42,489 nt of DNA from a virus (Duplodnaviria > Caudoviricetes): positions 1 through 42,489 of IMG/VR virus record IMGVR_UViG_3300037602_000024, one strand, 5' to 3'. The notes under the pieces were generated by a model. The model made no database searches. It saw only the letters and a program-made list of their open reading frames with translations, and had not been told where the DNA came from. Positions within the stretch are counted from its first letter, which is position 1. Every line of letters starts with the position of its first letter. Below, in pieces: positions 17,817-27,588 of the stretch. The position numbers and the translations under genes are program-made.

Positions 17817-20042
17817 TCACATCTCACTTTCCATCAGGGAAGACGCTTTAACCACGTGCTTCCGGATTTCGCCCAGCGGGTCTTCCGCCCGCTGGGCCAG
17901 GTCCATCAAAGCGTCGTTAATCAACGCATATTGCATGTGCCCGTGCACCTTGATCCGTTTGCTCCAACAGTGCAGGCCGCAATCCATCATCACGCGGCGG
18001 ATTTCGTAATCGCTATCATGAACGCGCCCCTGGACCGCGCTTTTGGCCCAGCCAACAACGTCCTTGATCAGAAGCGCGCCGGGCGTTCCCCGGTCCTTCA
18101 ACTGTTCCGCCAGCGCCGCCGCTTCCCGCTGGGCTTCGGACCGCGAGCCCTCAATGAGCTCCCGCTTCCTCTCCGTCATCGGCGCTCGCTCGCCTCGCGC
18201 CACATAGTCGCCATAGTTCTCCGCCCAATAGCGGACGATCGACAAGCCGCCGCCCTGCGCCCAGGAGCGAAGCTCTGCGAACTTCTTGCGCGGCCAAGGC
18301 ACTTCCGTCACTTCCGGATAGAACCAACGCCGGTCATCGTTCTCCATCTTGAGCGCGCGCATCGAATTCGAGCAGGCCACCACGTGGCACCAGTTGTCGA
18401 TCACGTACTGCCGCACGTACTTCTGATTAACCGTGATGTCCTGATCGGTGATAATCGACTTCAGCGCATGGTACGATTTCCAGGACGATCCGGAATAGAT
18501 TTCATTGACGATCGCGAGGCGCTTGTGGGCCACCCAGTCGTTGAAATCGCTCCCAATGTCCTTCTCGGACGGATAGCCCGCATTCTGCTCCCCGACCAGC
18601 GGCGCTAGGATATGCGCGCCCAGCGTCGTCTTGCCCATCCCCTGCCGTTCGCTCACCAGCAGCAGTCCATAGTCCATCCGGATTTCCGGGCGCGCAATAA
18701 GCGTAGCGCACCACCGCTCAACCTGCCGCCTTTCTTCCGGGTTGACGAAAAGATACCGCAGGAACTCCAGGAAGGGCTCCGGATCGCCGGGAATAGCCTT
18801 GATGGTCGTCGGAACATGAGTGTTGATCGCGTTCGCGCCGCGGTAATCGACCGTCAGTCCTTTGTAGTCCGGGCGGTAGCAGATGCGAGCCGTTCGCCCC
18901 TTGTACGCTTTTACCAGGAGCTTGGCCGTGTCGTTCACGTGGGAGAAGCCCGCAACCACCTTGTTGAAGACGCTCTCCGTCCGCATGATTTCGGGCATCT
19001 CCTTGCAGACGAAGGCGTCCGCTTCCTCCACATACGCCCACATTCCCTTGAAGCCCTCGCGAAGCGCCGCGACCGGGCGTCCCTTTCCATTCGGGTTCGG
19101 GATCATGTCGGTGGCCCAGGTGGCTGGACTTAGGAGCGCGCGCATAGACGGCCCAACATAAAAGCGCCGCCCTTCCGTCGTCTTGAACATCGTTTCCGGG
19201 AACGGGTCCGCAAGATCGAACGACACCGGGAAGCGGTCATTGAATTCAACGGAGAACGCCTTGATGCGGATCGCGCGGGATATGGATGCGATCGCTCTGC
19301 GCCCCGGCTCATCATTGTCCGCGACGATGTAGGCGCGTTCCACACCGTTCTTCGCCAGCACGCTCCAATCCGTCCTGTTTGGGTTCATCGCGCCGCCGAT
19401 CCACCCGACGTGCGCCGCCCCGGAAAGTTCCTCCCCCCAGGGATGTGCCGCCCGCGCGTCGCGCGCCTCCTTCGTCGCGCCCTCCACCAGCCACCGGCAA
19501 TAAGCTGCCGCCTTCGCGCCTTCGTGGATGAACACCGTGCGGTGAGCCGGTAGCTGATCGATGCCATAAAGCGGCAACTCGCCATCCGGCTCGCACATGC
19601 GCCAAACGTCATCATCCCAATACGTCCAAGGCACATAATTCTTGGCCAGCGCGCCGTCTTCGCCTTCCCTTTCGATCCGCACCTGAACCATGATAATCTC
19701 GCGGCCATCGACCGTCCGGAACTCGAATATGTCGCGCTCCGCCGCGCTCCTCATCATGGGAGGCGGATTGATGATCCGGGAGAGGCGCTTGATCCGCGGG
19801 AACTCGACGCGAGCCCATGCGTCCATGATCGTCGCCTGCTCTAACTCCGTCGGGGAGTGCTCCAGCGAAGAACAGCTGATTTCACCCGTCGCGCTGAAGC
19901 GGATGACCGCAACATCGTTCCAGTAATTGCCGATCGTCTCGCGCACAACCGCCGTCTTCAGCGATCTTGGTTCAGCGCCCACGCGGGCCAGGTAGTCGCG
20001 GACTGCCGTTATGTCTGTAAGGGAGCTAATTCGCTCAGTCAT
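17817..20042 (-). CDS. Primase-helicase (TOPRIM-like N-terminus, SF3/D5-like ATPase C-terminus)
   Basis: FIHEGAKAA and VADNDEPG TOPRIM-like motifs; QGMGKTT Walker A, IVNE Walker B, CSN motif C, DDRRW. Confidence 0.85.
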   Translation of the reverse strand: MTERISSLTDITAVRDYLARVGAEPRSLKTAVVRETIGNYWNDVAVIRFSATGEISCSSLEHSPTELEQATIMDAWARVEFPRIKRLSRIINPPPMMRSAAERDIFEFRTVDGREIIMVQVRIEREGEDGALAKNYVPWTYWDDDVWRMCEPDGELPLYGIDQLPAHRTVFIHEGAKAAAYCRWLVEGATKEARDARAAHPWGEELSGAAHVGWIGGAMNPNRTDWSVLAKNGVERAYIVADNDEPGRRAIASISRAIRIKAFSVEFNDRFPVSFDLADPFPETMFKTTEGRRFYVGPSMRALLSPATWATDMIPNPNGKGRPVAALREGFKGMWAYVEEADAFVCKEMPEIMRTESVFNKVVAGFSHVNDTAKLLVKAYKGRTARICYRPDYKGLTVDYRGANAINTHVPTTIKAIPGDPEPFLEFLRYLFVNPEERRQVERWCATLIARPEIRMDYGLLLVSERQGMGKTTLGAHILAPLVGEQNAGYPSEKDIGSDFNDWVAHKRLAIVNEIYSGSSWKSYHALKSIITDQDITVNQKYVRQYVIDNWCHVVACSNSMRALKMENDDRRWFYPEVTEVPWPRKKFAELRSWAQGGGLSIVRYWAENYGDYVARGERAPMTERKRELIEGSRSEAQREAAALAEQLKDRGTPGALLIKDVVGWAKSAVQGRVHDSDYEIRRVMMDCGLHCWSKRIKVHGHMQYALINDALMDLAQRAEDPLGEIRKHVVKASSLMESEM

Positions 20043-22897
20043 GATTTTGCCTCATCAAGATCGCCGATGTATCGCGCTTGTTTGATGGAAAGAATTCTAA
20101 AGTCTCCATCCATCTCGAACATCTTTCCTTTTAGTGCCCAGATAGACTTGCCTGGTCTGCCTTTGTCGACGATTTGCCTGCCCGCGCGATCATAGTTGAA
20201 GCGGTTGACTTTCGCGAGCACAGTGCCAGTGTCGTCCATCACTCTCAGCTGAAGAAATTCTTCTTTTCCGTCAGCAATTCTTTGTCCTCCTCGCTTTGCA
20301 ACATTCACTTCTTCATTTTCGTTTCGCGGGTTTATCTTGATAGGAACGGCCCAGACCATGACATCGTCTCCTCGCGCTTCAGAGATTGGCGTTGGTTGGG
20401 TGACGATGTTTCGCGCGAGAGGGTCTGGCATTATTTTCGCTATTGCGTCTCGCACAGGCCACAAGCTGTCGATGTCCGTTTTCGGGTCTTTCAGCAGTTT
20501 CTCTGTCCGCGGCGGCAAGGGCTCTCCCCGCTTCCGCGCGCCGATTATGCTGTTGACCAACTTTGGGCCAATCCCTTTGACATTCGACAGCGGCCCAATC
20601 AGGACGCGCTTGCCATTCCGGACGCCCGCTGTCCACACGTCGGTGGAAAGCTCCGGATCAACCGGAACATAATCGTAACCTTCCGAGGCCATCTCGCGCA
20701 GCAGTTCAATTTGCCGCTGGGGATCGGTTTCGTGGGTCAATGTGGCTGCGGCGAACTCAAACGGAAAATGAGCCTTGAGCCAGCAGCACCAATAGCTGAT
20801 ATAGCCGTAAGCGACCGCGTGGGACTTGTTAAACGCCCATGAGCCGAAGGTGTTGATCTGGTCCCAAATCTCGGCTGCAGTCGCCCTCTCCACCCCATGC
20901 GCTGAAGCGCCCTGGACAAATCTTTGCTTGAACTGCTCAAAGAATTCATTCCCGAGCCGTCGTGACATCGCCTTTCTGATCAAGCTTGTGTCTTCCCAGG
21001 AGAGCCCGCCCATTTCCCGAACGACCCTCATGACCTGCTCCTGATAGACCACGACGCCGTAGGTTTCCTTCGTGAGCTCACCGAGAAGCGGGTGAAGCGC
21101 AGCAGGAGCCTCTCCCCCGCTGCGCCTTCTTGCCCACTGGCCCGAGCCTCCTGTGGCCAGTGGGCCGGGTCTGGCGAGAGCAGAGATCGCGACTATGTCG
21201 TCGAAGCGATCAACCTTTATCTGGCCGGTGAGCGATTGCAAGGCATTCCCGTTCCACTGGAAGATGCCAGAGAACTCTTTGCGGTTTAGAACGTCGAAGG
21301 CTGCTTGGTCGTCGATCGGAACGGCCTGAAGCTCCTCCATCGTCATCCCCGCCATCTCCAGCGCGTCTTCGAAGACGGAAAGCTGCGTCAGCCCCAAGGC
21401 GTCGATTTTGAGAAGGTTCAGCGGCCCTTCCGCGTCGTACTTATCGCACATGGCTGCGCCGGTCCGATGGTCAACGGCCACATATTCTTCGATCGCCCGG
21501 TCAGCGACCACAACGCCCGCGGCGTGCTGGCTGTAGTGGCGCGGGTGGCCTTCCATCCGGGTGGCAATGATGAATTCAGGAAATTCCTCAAGAAGCTCCC
21601 GCCCCGCCGAAGAGCCATTCAGCGCGTCTTCCAGCGTATCGGTCGCGCGTGAGTCTGCCGAAGAACGATCAACCAGCGCGTCCGCGATCTTCTCCGCTCG
21701 CCACCGCGGCACGTCTAGCGCTGCCGCGGCTTCCGCCATCGCGCTCCGCGCCTTGAACATTGCGACGGTGCCGAGACGCGCCACCCGCTCCGGACCATAC
21801 ACCTTCCGCATGTAGTCGAAGACCATGGAGCGCTGCTGATCGCTGAAATCAATATCGATGTCGGGAAGGTCCGCGCGGTTGATGTCGATGAACCGCTCAA
21901 AGATCAGGCCGTGCGGGATCGGGTCAACCGTCGTGATCCGGAGAAGATAGCACACCAGCGATCCGCAGGAAGAACCGCGCGCCGGACCAACGGCCATCTT
22001 CTTCCTGGCCCACTGGCAAACGTCCGCCACCAAATAGAAGTAGTCCTCAAACTCCTTTTCCGCGATCAGCGTGAGCTCGCGATCCAGCCGGGCGCTGTAG
22101 ATTGGATCGTCCAAATTGACGCCAAGCTCCTTCGCGCCGTCCTCACACATCTCGCGCAAGGGCTTTGGGCGCGGCGGGCGCACCAACTCCGCGCGCTTCA
22201 GCCGGGCGTTGCAGGAAGCGAGCATGTCCACCGAATTCTGCTGGGCTTCGACGCGCTCTCCTTCCGTCAGGCCGGTGCGAGCCGTCGCGGCCAACCACTC
22301 TCCCGCGTCCAAAATGTGCTGAGGATACGATTGCGTGGAAGCGCCGCGCCCGCAAAGGACTTCATAGAAAGCACGATCCTCCGCGGTAGGATAGACATTG
22401 TCACTCACCGCTGCGAACGGCAAGCCTTTCTCCTTCGCCACAGCGATGTGACCGCGAACGCTGGCCGGAGAAAGCCCAAAAAACAGACCCTCCTGTGGCT
22501 CGATAAGGTCTAGCTTACATCGGTGTCCCGCGATCTTGAAGACGCCACTAGCGGCCAGCGCCTGGGCGTAGGTGATGATCGGCTGATAGCGGAATTGCTG
22601 GGTGGCGAGGGAAATGAGACGGTTGATTGGCGCAACGTCATCGATTGCCAAGAACGTCCAGAAGTCGGTGGCTGGCTTCTTTTCTTCGTAGCTCTCCGCG
22701 ACGGCTAGCTCCACGCCGAACACCGGCTTCATGCCTTCCTTCTCACAGAGCGCATTCCACCGGACCCAGCCGAAGGTTGAGGCGCGATCGGTGATTGGTG
22801 CGGCGGGATAGCCGCACGCCTTGAGGCGCGCCATCACTTCCGGGAGCGCGCCCGCGGCTGCCCGGAAGCTGTAGCCAGTTCGGACGCGGGCGGTCAT
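20039..22897 (-). CDS. dnaE: DNA polymerase III alpha-like (C-family) polymerase
   Basis: GPARGSSCGSLVCYLLRITTVDP, FERF, PDIDIDF, HAAGVVV, LLKIDALGL, VYQEQVM, AFNKSHAVAY. Confidence 0.95.
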   Translation of the reverse strand: MTARVRTGYSFRAAAGALPEVMARLKACGYPAAPITDRASTFGWVRWNALCEKEGMKPVFGVELAVAESYEEKKPATDFWTFLAIDDVAPINRLISLATQQFRYQPIITYAQALAASGVFKIAGHRCKLDLIEPQEGLFFGLSPASVRGHIAVAKEKGLPFAAVSDNVYPTAEDRAFYEVLCGRGASTQSYPQHILDAGEWLAATARTGLTEGERVEAQQNSVDMLASCNARLKRAELVRPPRPKPLREMCEDGAKELGVNLDDPIYSARLDRELTLIAEKEFEDYFYLVADVCQWARKKMAVGPARGSSCGSLVCYLLRITTVDPIPHGLIFERFIDINRADLPDIDIDFSDQQRSMVFDYMRKVYGPERVARLGTVAMFKARSAMAEAAAALDVPRWRAEKIADALVDRSSADSRATDTLEDALNGSSAGRELLEEFPEFIIATRMEGHPRHYSQHAAGVVVADRAIEEYVAVDHRTGAAMCDKYDAEGPLNLLKIDALGLTQLSVFEDALEMAGMTMEELQAVPIDDQAAFDVLNRKEFSGIFQWNGNALQSLTGQIKVDRFDDIVAISALARPGPLATGGSGQWARRRSGGEAPAALHPLLGELTKETYGVVVYQEQVMRVVREMGGLSWEDTSLIRKAMSRRLGNEFFEQFKQRFVQGASAHGVERATAAEIWDQINTFGSWAFNKSHAVAYGYISYWCCWLKAHFPFEFAAATLTHETDPQRQIELLREMASEGYDYVPVDPELSTDVWTAGVRNGKRVLIGPLSNVKGIGPKLVNSIIGARKRGEPLPPRTEKLLKDPKTDIDSLWPVRDAIAKIMPDPLARNIVTQPTPISEARGDDVMVWAVPIKINPRNENEEVNVAKRGGQRIADGKEEFLQLRVMDDTGTVLAKVNRFNYDRAGRQIVDKGRPGKSIWALKGKMFEMDGDFRILSIKQARYIGDLDEAKS

Positions 22898-23199
22898 CCC
22901 TTGCCCTCCGCTTTCGCGATGGCGGCGCGGGCGCGCTCCACGGCTGCATCGAACTCGACCATTACCGTGCGCGTCCCGTCGATGTCATCAATGAACCACT
23001 TCAACGCCTCCAGCAAGTCCGGCGCTGCCTTGATCAGCAGGGCATTCGCCTCCTGCTCCCAATTGAAATCTGGCACGGGCGCGTCGTCCAGCCAAATGGT
23101 GCAAATCGTATGATGGCCTGACCGGATGCGAATTGGTTGATAGGGCTCATCGTGCTCGTCCTTGTCATCGGTCCAAGGCGGCGGTGTGTGCTTAGTCAT
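22894..23199 (-). CDS. Conserved small phage protein
   Basis: MTKHTPPPW...ANALLIKAAPDLLEAL pattern is common in phages; GGAGG RBS. Confidence 0.75.
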   Translation of the reverse strand: MTKHTPPPWTDDKDEHDEPYQPIRIRSGHHTICTIWLDDAPVPDFNWEQEANALLIKAAPDLLEALKWFIDDIDGTRTVMVEFDAAVERARAAIAKAEGKG

Positions 23200-23252
23200 T
23201 CGATTTCCTCCACAGTCATTTCTTCGATCGCAACGATGGGCCAATACTTCTT

Positions 23253-23408
23253 TCACAGAGGCTTGGCATTGAGGACCGCGCAGAGCATCCGCTGGCGGAT
23301 TTCGTAGCGGGAGCAATAGACGGAGAATGTTTCCCCGCCCATCGTCACAGTTAGCTTCCAGCCCTTCGGAGGCGGGCGGAGCGGCGGGCGTTCAGGCGTT
23401 GACATCAT
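23253..23408 (-). CDS. Small hypothetical protein (51 aa)
   Basis: GGGGAGG RBS before the ATG; below the ORF-track cutoff. Confidence 0.5.
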   Translation of the reverse strand: MMSTPERPPLRPPPKGWKLTVTMGGETFSVYCSRYEIRQRMLCAVLNAKPL

Positions 23409-23417
23409 CGCCTCCCC

Positions 23418-23786
23418 TCAATCGAAGGACTTGTTCATGGCGAGGCGGTGCGGCGCGCCGATCTTTCGCGAAGTGGCGTTGAACTTGGCGACGATTGCAA
23501 GCTCCAAATTGATCCCTTCCCGCTGTGCGATAAGGTCCAGATACAGGAACACGTCCGCGATTTCATCTTCCAGCGCCTCGCGCAATTCTTCCTCCGTCTC
23601 CTTGTTTCCGGGGATACCGTCGCGCGCCCGGTTGAGCTTCTTGACGATATTGGCAAGCTCCCCGACTTCGCCGCACAGCGCCGTGGTCCAGTCGCTGAGC
23701 GACCAATCCTCCAGCTTGTGATTGAAGCCATTCTCCGCTTCGGAGCGGGAGCGGTTGGTGAGAGAGATAGCTTTGAATGCGGGCAT
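23418..23786 (-). CDS. MazG-like nucleotide pyrophosphohydrolase
   Basis: LCGEVGELANIVKK...LEDEIADVFLYL (EXXE...EXXD); GGAGG RBS before ATG 23786. Confidence 0.85.
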   Translation of the reverse strand: MPAFKAISLTNRSRSEAENGFNHKLEDWSLSDWTTALCGEVGELANIVKKLNRARDGIPGNKETEEELREALEDEIADVFLYLDLIAQREGINLELAIVAKFNATSRKIGAPHRLAMNKSFD

Positions 23787-23797
23787 GATCGCCTCCG

Positions 23798-24259
23798 TTA
23801 GATGGTCTTTTTCCATTCGTCCAGCGCGCGAAGCGTGACGCTTTCGGGAACGTCGTGGCCCTGGGTATGGGCCTGCGCGAACCACAGCTTGATTTCGTCA
23901 AGCTCCTTCCGGGCGTTCGCCACTTCGACCATGAGCCGGTGCTTTTCGATCCGCTCCTTGAGCGCTGTGCAGCGCCGCAGGCCGTTGGCCGCCTTCATTC
24001 CTTCGATCGTCGCTTCCAGGGTTGCGATCTTCTGCGCCTGGGCTTCGATCCGGACGGCCTGTTCATCCTCCCAGGCTTCCGGCAGCGGCGGCTGCGGGTC
24101 AAGGGATGTCCTGTCGCTAACGAAGGAGAGGCTGCCCCCATCAACGATGCAGAGGAAGTAATCGCAACCGCTCCGCGCAATATGGGCCATCACCCATGTC
24201 TTTCCCTTCCCCTCCACATACGAAGGGAAGGGGCTCTTGTAAGGCGTGATATTGTTCAT
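23798..24259 (-). CDS. Hypothetical protein with a C-terminal coiled coil
   Basis: TGATG overlap with the exonuclease stop. Confidence 0.65.
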   Translation of the reverse strand: MNNITPYKSPFPSYVEGKGKTWVMAHIARSGCDYFLCIVDGGSLSFVSDRTSLDPQPPLPEAWEDEQAVRIEAQAQKIATLEATIEGMKAANGLRRCTALKERIEKHRLMVEVANARKELDEIKLWFAQAHTQGHDVPESVTLRALDEWKKTI

Positions 24260-24801
24260 CAGATGATTCCTCTCTGGTTAAGTTCGGCCCAGCAGCGGGT
24301 CAGGGCTTCAGTGTCCGTCCGCGCCCGATGAGCGCCAGAAAACGGAGTGCCGAAAAGGTGTTCATGGAGCGCGCTAAGGTTGAGGCGATAGCCTTTGAGC
24401 CATTCCGTCGCCTCCACCGTGCAGATGCCTTCCGGCGGTTCGCTAAATTCCGCGTTGGCACGTCGGAACTCATTGCGCATCATGTCCAGATCGAAGGACA
24501 GGTTATGGGCCACGACGACGGAAGCCACGCCGAAAATGTCGTTGATCCGCTCCACGTATTCGGAGAAGGGCGGCTTTCCTTCCACATCTTCCGGCTTTAT
24601 GCCTGTGATCTTGGTGATTTCCTCCGTGATCGGGACAGGCGGCTTGCACAGGAATTCGAGCTCGCCGACGATCGATCCATCATCCTTGACCAGCAGGCCG
24701 CAGAACTCGATGACGTGCGGCTGCTTTTCGAGCGGCCTGGCCGAATTCTTGACCAGGCCTGTCGTTTCCGTGTCGAAGACGATTGCGAGCCGGTCACTCA
24801 T
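24259..24801 (-). CDS. DEDDh 3'-5' exonuclease (Pol III epsilon-like)
   Basis: FDTETTGL, VAHNLSFD, AHRARTD motifs. Confidence 0.92.
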   Translation of the reverse strand: MSDRLAIVFDTETTGLVKNSARPLEKQPHVIEFCGLLVKDDGSIVGELEFLCKPPVPITEEITKITGIKPEDVEGKPPFSEYVERINDIFGVASVVVAHNLSFDLDMMRNEFRRANAEFSEPPEGICTVEATEWLKGYRLNLSALHEHLFGTPFSGAHRARTDTEALTRCWAELNQRGII

Positions 24802-25138
24802 CCTTGTCTCCAAACGTCTGGTGCCACAATTCATTGATCTTTGCCTTTTGGCTCGCCTCAACGTCGATTTCCGCGAGCATAGCAGCATACACCGCCAGAT
24901 CGTCCAGACTGTCTGCGTGGCCGCCCTTCTCCCACGCGTTGGCGTATCGGGTGAGCTTGACGACGATCAGCATCAGAATGTGGAACCGGGCATGATCCAT
25001 CTCGCTCCGGAGGGAAACGCCCTCCGGAAACAGAGCGGTCATCACCGGCCCAACCTTGCGCCAGTTCTCGCCATACGTCGGGTTGCGATCCCGAAAGATG
25101 GCCGCGGCTTTTTCCAGCCGCCATGCGACATCAGCCAT
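24794..25138 (-). CDS. All-helical nucleotide-modification-associated protein (DUF6378/Nmad1-like; NTP-pyrophosphatase-like)
   Basis: AAAIFRDRNPTYG...VVKLTRY...HADSLDDLAVYAAML pattern. Confidence 0.6.
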   Translation of the reverse strand: MADVAWRLEKAAAIFRDRNPTYGENWRKVGPVMTALFPEGVSLRSEMDHARFHILMLIVVKLTRYANAWEKGGHADSLDDLAVYAAMLAEIDVEASQKAKINELWHQTFGDKDE

Positions 25139-25622
25139 TGCTCGCCTCCCGCTCCCGACGCCAGATGAACTTGATCGACTGGCCGCCGAACAGGTCATAG
25201 ATTTCATAGTGATATGTCCGCCCGTTCTCAACCAAGTAGGAGTTGGTGTGGGAGAGGGTTGACATCACCTGGCGCAAGCTCATCCGGCTATCGGCGTGCT
25301 TCCAATGGGCGGGCGTTTCGTTCTTTTCCATGTGAATGCCGATGTGGGAGAGGAACGGCAGACCGGTCTTGAAATCCGGCTTCGTCATCAGCCAGTGCGG
25401 CCCTTGCAGGTAGGTGAGGATTTCGAGCTCAATGCCGAGATCGTAGTTGAAGCGGAGATGGGCCTTTGACTCCATCCGCTTCCCGCCGTCAACCCAGACC
25501 GCGCCGGTGACTTCGTCTTCAACCCACTTCGCGCCCGCCAATCCTAGCTCAACCATCACATCGTAGGCCTGCGCTTCGTCGTGCGCGTAAAATGCAATCT
25601 GATCCATTTTCATGTGCTTCAT
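25131..25622 (-). CDS. VOC/glyoxalase-superfamily protein (epimerase/isomerase-like)
   Basis: MDQIAF...IELEILTY..GPHW...LSHIGIH; ATGA overlap with the SDR stop. Confidence 0.65.
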   Translation of the reverse strand: MKHMKMDQIAFYAHDEAQAYDVMVELGLAGAKWVEDEVTGAVWVDGGKRMESKAHLRFNYDLGIELEILTYLQGPHWLMTKPDFKTGLPFLSHIGIHMEKNETPAHWKHADSRMSLRQVMSTLSHTNSYLVENGRTYHYEIYDLFGGQSIKFIWRREREASNG

Positions 25623-26311
25623 GCTCCATAAGGAAGAATGCACCCGGCCAGGTACTTGTGGCGCTCGGGTGTTGAAAGAAGAAAGGCAAGGAATTCTGCC
25701 ACCGCGTCCGGGTCCGTTTCCTCTCCCGCGGGAAGGGCGTTCAGTTGGTATTGCGCCGCTTCCTCCGGCGTCCAGCCGCGAAGCTCGCAAACGCGGCCTT
25801 CGATATAGTTGGACATGCCGGTGCCGCGCAGCTTATTCGGGGATATGCCGAAAACAGTGATGTCGTGCGTCTTCTTGAGCTCGCGCGCCATCTGCAGCGT
25901 CAGGATATGGGCCGCGCCCTTGCTGGCGTTGTAGGCGGCGCTATGCGTCATCGGCATGTGGCTGGCGTTCGAGACGATATTGGCGACGGTGGCCGGACGC
26001 TTCATGCGGCTGGCGTTAATGAGCTCCCTGACCACCAGCCATGGCGCGCGGGCGTTGACGTTCATCAGCCGGTCCCATTCGTTAATCGGGATTTCTTCCA
26101 GCCAGTCGATGTAGTTGACGCCCGCGCAGTTCACGACGACATCGACGCCCAGCTGGCAGTTTTCTGTCGCAGACCAGACATTGACCTCACTCGCCAAGTT
26201 CACGCCGGTTTCCAGCGACCATCCTTCAACGGACCATCCGTCATCGACCAGCCTTTGGTAAATCCTCTGGCCCAAGCCGGACGTGTGTCCAGTAACGATA
26301 GCGTGCTTCAT
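25619..26311 (-). CDS. Short-chain dehydrogenase/reductase
   Basis: IVTGHTSGLG, VNCAG, NIVS and YNASK catalytic motifs. Confidence 0.92.
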   Translation of the reverse strand: MKHAIVTGHTSGLGQRIYQRLVDDGWSVEGWSLETGVNLASEVNVWSATENCQLGVDVVVNCAGVNYIDWLEEIPINEWDRLMNVNARAPWLVVRELINASRMKRPATVANIVSNASHMPMTHSAAYNASKGAAHILTLQMARELKKTHDITVFGISPNKLRGTGMSNYIEGRVCELRGWTPEEAAQYQLNALPAGEETDPDAVAEFLAFLLSTPERHKYLAGCILPYGA

Positions 26312-26312
26312 C

Positions 26313-26798
26313 TCAGTATCCTCCGTGCCGGACTTGCCAGCAGTTAAAGCCAAGCTCCCGCCAGCGCTCAACCATTCCGTCGCGATCCTCCAGGATGAAG
26401 GCGACGGCGCTTTTCACGTCCACTTCTTCGTGGCCCAGATGCCGCTGCTGAGCGGCGTGCCATTCAGAAAGAAGGCGCGGTTTCAGGTCGCGATCCGGCG
26501 TGTAATCCCAGTCTGGACGCATCAGGAGCGCATCGATGTAGCCGGACAGGGCGTGCTCGCGCAGCCACTTCTCCGTGAGCCCTCTGTAGGCTTCATTCCG
26601 CCCGGTCAGGATGATCACCCGGTAATCGATCGGCACGATGGCAGCGATGAGCTCAGCCACGTCTTCGTGTACGGGATCATCCGCGCCCATCACGTGAAAA
26701 TCGTGCCACTGTCCGATTTGGGCCAGGTGGACACGGTAACGGGCGTCGGAAAGCGTTCCATCAAGGTCCACCACAATCGTCTTTCGCATTGCGCTCAT
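26313..26798 (-). CDS. HAD phosphatase (polynucleotide kinase-phosphatase C-terminal-like)
   Basis: VVDLDGTL, LTGR, LLMRP, K, EDR motifs. Confidence 0.88.
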   Translation of the reverse strand: MSAMRKTIVVDLDGTLSDARYRVHLAQIGQWHDFHVMGADDPVHEDVAELIAAIVPIDYRVIILTGRNEAYRGLTEKWLREHALSGYIDALLMRPDWDYTPDRDLKPRLLSEWHAAQQRHLGHEEVDVKSAVAFILEDRDGMVERWRELGFNCWQVRHGGY

Positions 26799-27583
26799 GA
26801 GAATGCCCTCAACTCATCGACCAGCTTTACCAGCCGGGTGCGTTCGTCTTGGCTGATCGCGCCTTCTTCCGAAGCCTTGATGATGGCAGCTTCAAGGTCG
26901 CCTGCCGCCTTGTCGAAATCCCTGTCCAGAAACATCGTGGTCCATGGGTGGACTTCCCGGACACATTCAAGCATGGCATTGGCCACATCGCGGTATTCCC
27001 CCTGTGTCCGGGAGGAAGCGCGCTTGCGAGCCGTTTCTGCCAGCGTCCGAAGGTTGAAGTGGGCCACGATGTTGGTGTGGATGTTCGTCGGCAGAACGCC
27101 GCGGGCGTCTTCGATTGCCGCTCCGGCTTTGATCAGGCTGTTGTATGCCGCGGCGATGTCGTCCATCGTTCGCGCATAGATCGCTGCCTTTTCTCCCGGC
27201 TCTTCACGCCCGGTGTCAAGGTCGATGCTCCAGTCATTTTCGATTGACGGCCCTGTGTGATAGGTCCAGCCATTGACGTTCAGAACGCGCATCGTTTGCT
27301 GGGCGTAAGAGCCAACGCGCGTGCGAACGAATTGGTGAGTGAAAGCGCGGGATACGCCGTTGATCAGGAAGGTGTAGCCGACGAACTCCCAGGAGCTTGG
27401 GATGGTGCGCGCCATGTAGCGGAGCTCTTCTTCAACCTTCGCCCAAGGCCAAGCGGCGATTTCGTCCAGCAGCCCAGGCCGCATCTCCAGCCGCGTCTGC
27501 TTCGTGAACACCAGGACGTTGGCAGCGTGCCGGGCGGGATCGAACGCTCCCGCGCCGGTGTAGTCGATCAGTTGCACTTTCAT
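26795..27583 (-). CDS. thyX: ThyX-fold (flavin-dependent thymidylate synthase-like) enzyme with altered motifs
   Basis: GVSRAFTHQFVRTRVGSYAQQTMR, EDARGVLP, NLRTL, RASSRTQGEYR. Confidence 0.85.
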   Translation of the reverse strand: MKVQLIDYTGAGAFDPARHAANVLVFTKQTRLEMRPGLLDEIAAWPWAKVEEELRYMARTIPSSWEFVGYTFLINGVSRAFTHQFVRTRVGSYAQQTMRVLNVNGWTYHTGPSIENDWSIDLDTGREEPGEKAAIYARTMDDIAAAYNSLIKAGAAIEDARGVLPTNIHTNIVAHFNLRTLAETARKRASSRTQGEYRDVANAMLECVREVHPWTTMFLDRDFDKAAGDLEAAIIKASEEGAISQDERTRLVKLVDELRAFS

Positions 27584-27588
27584 CTGGT

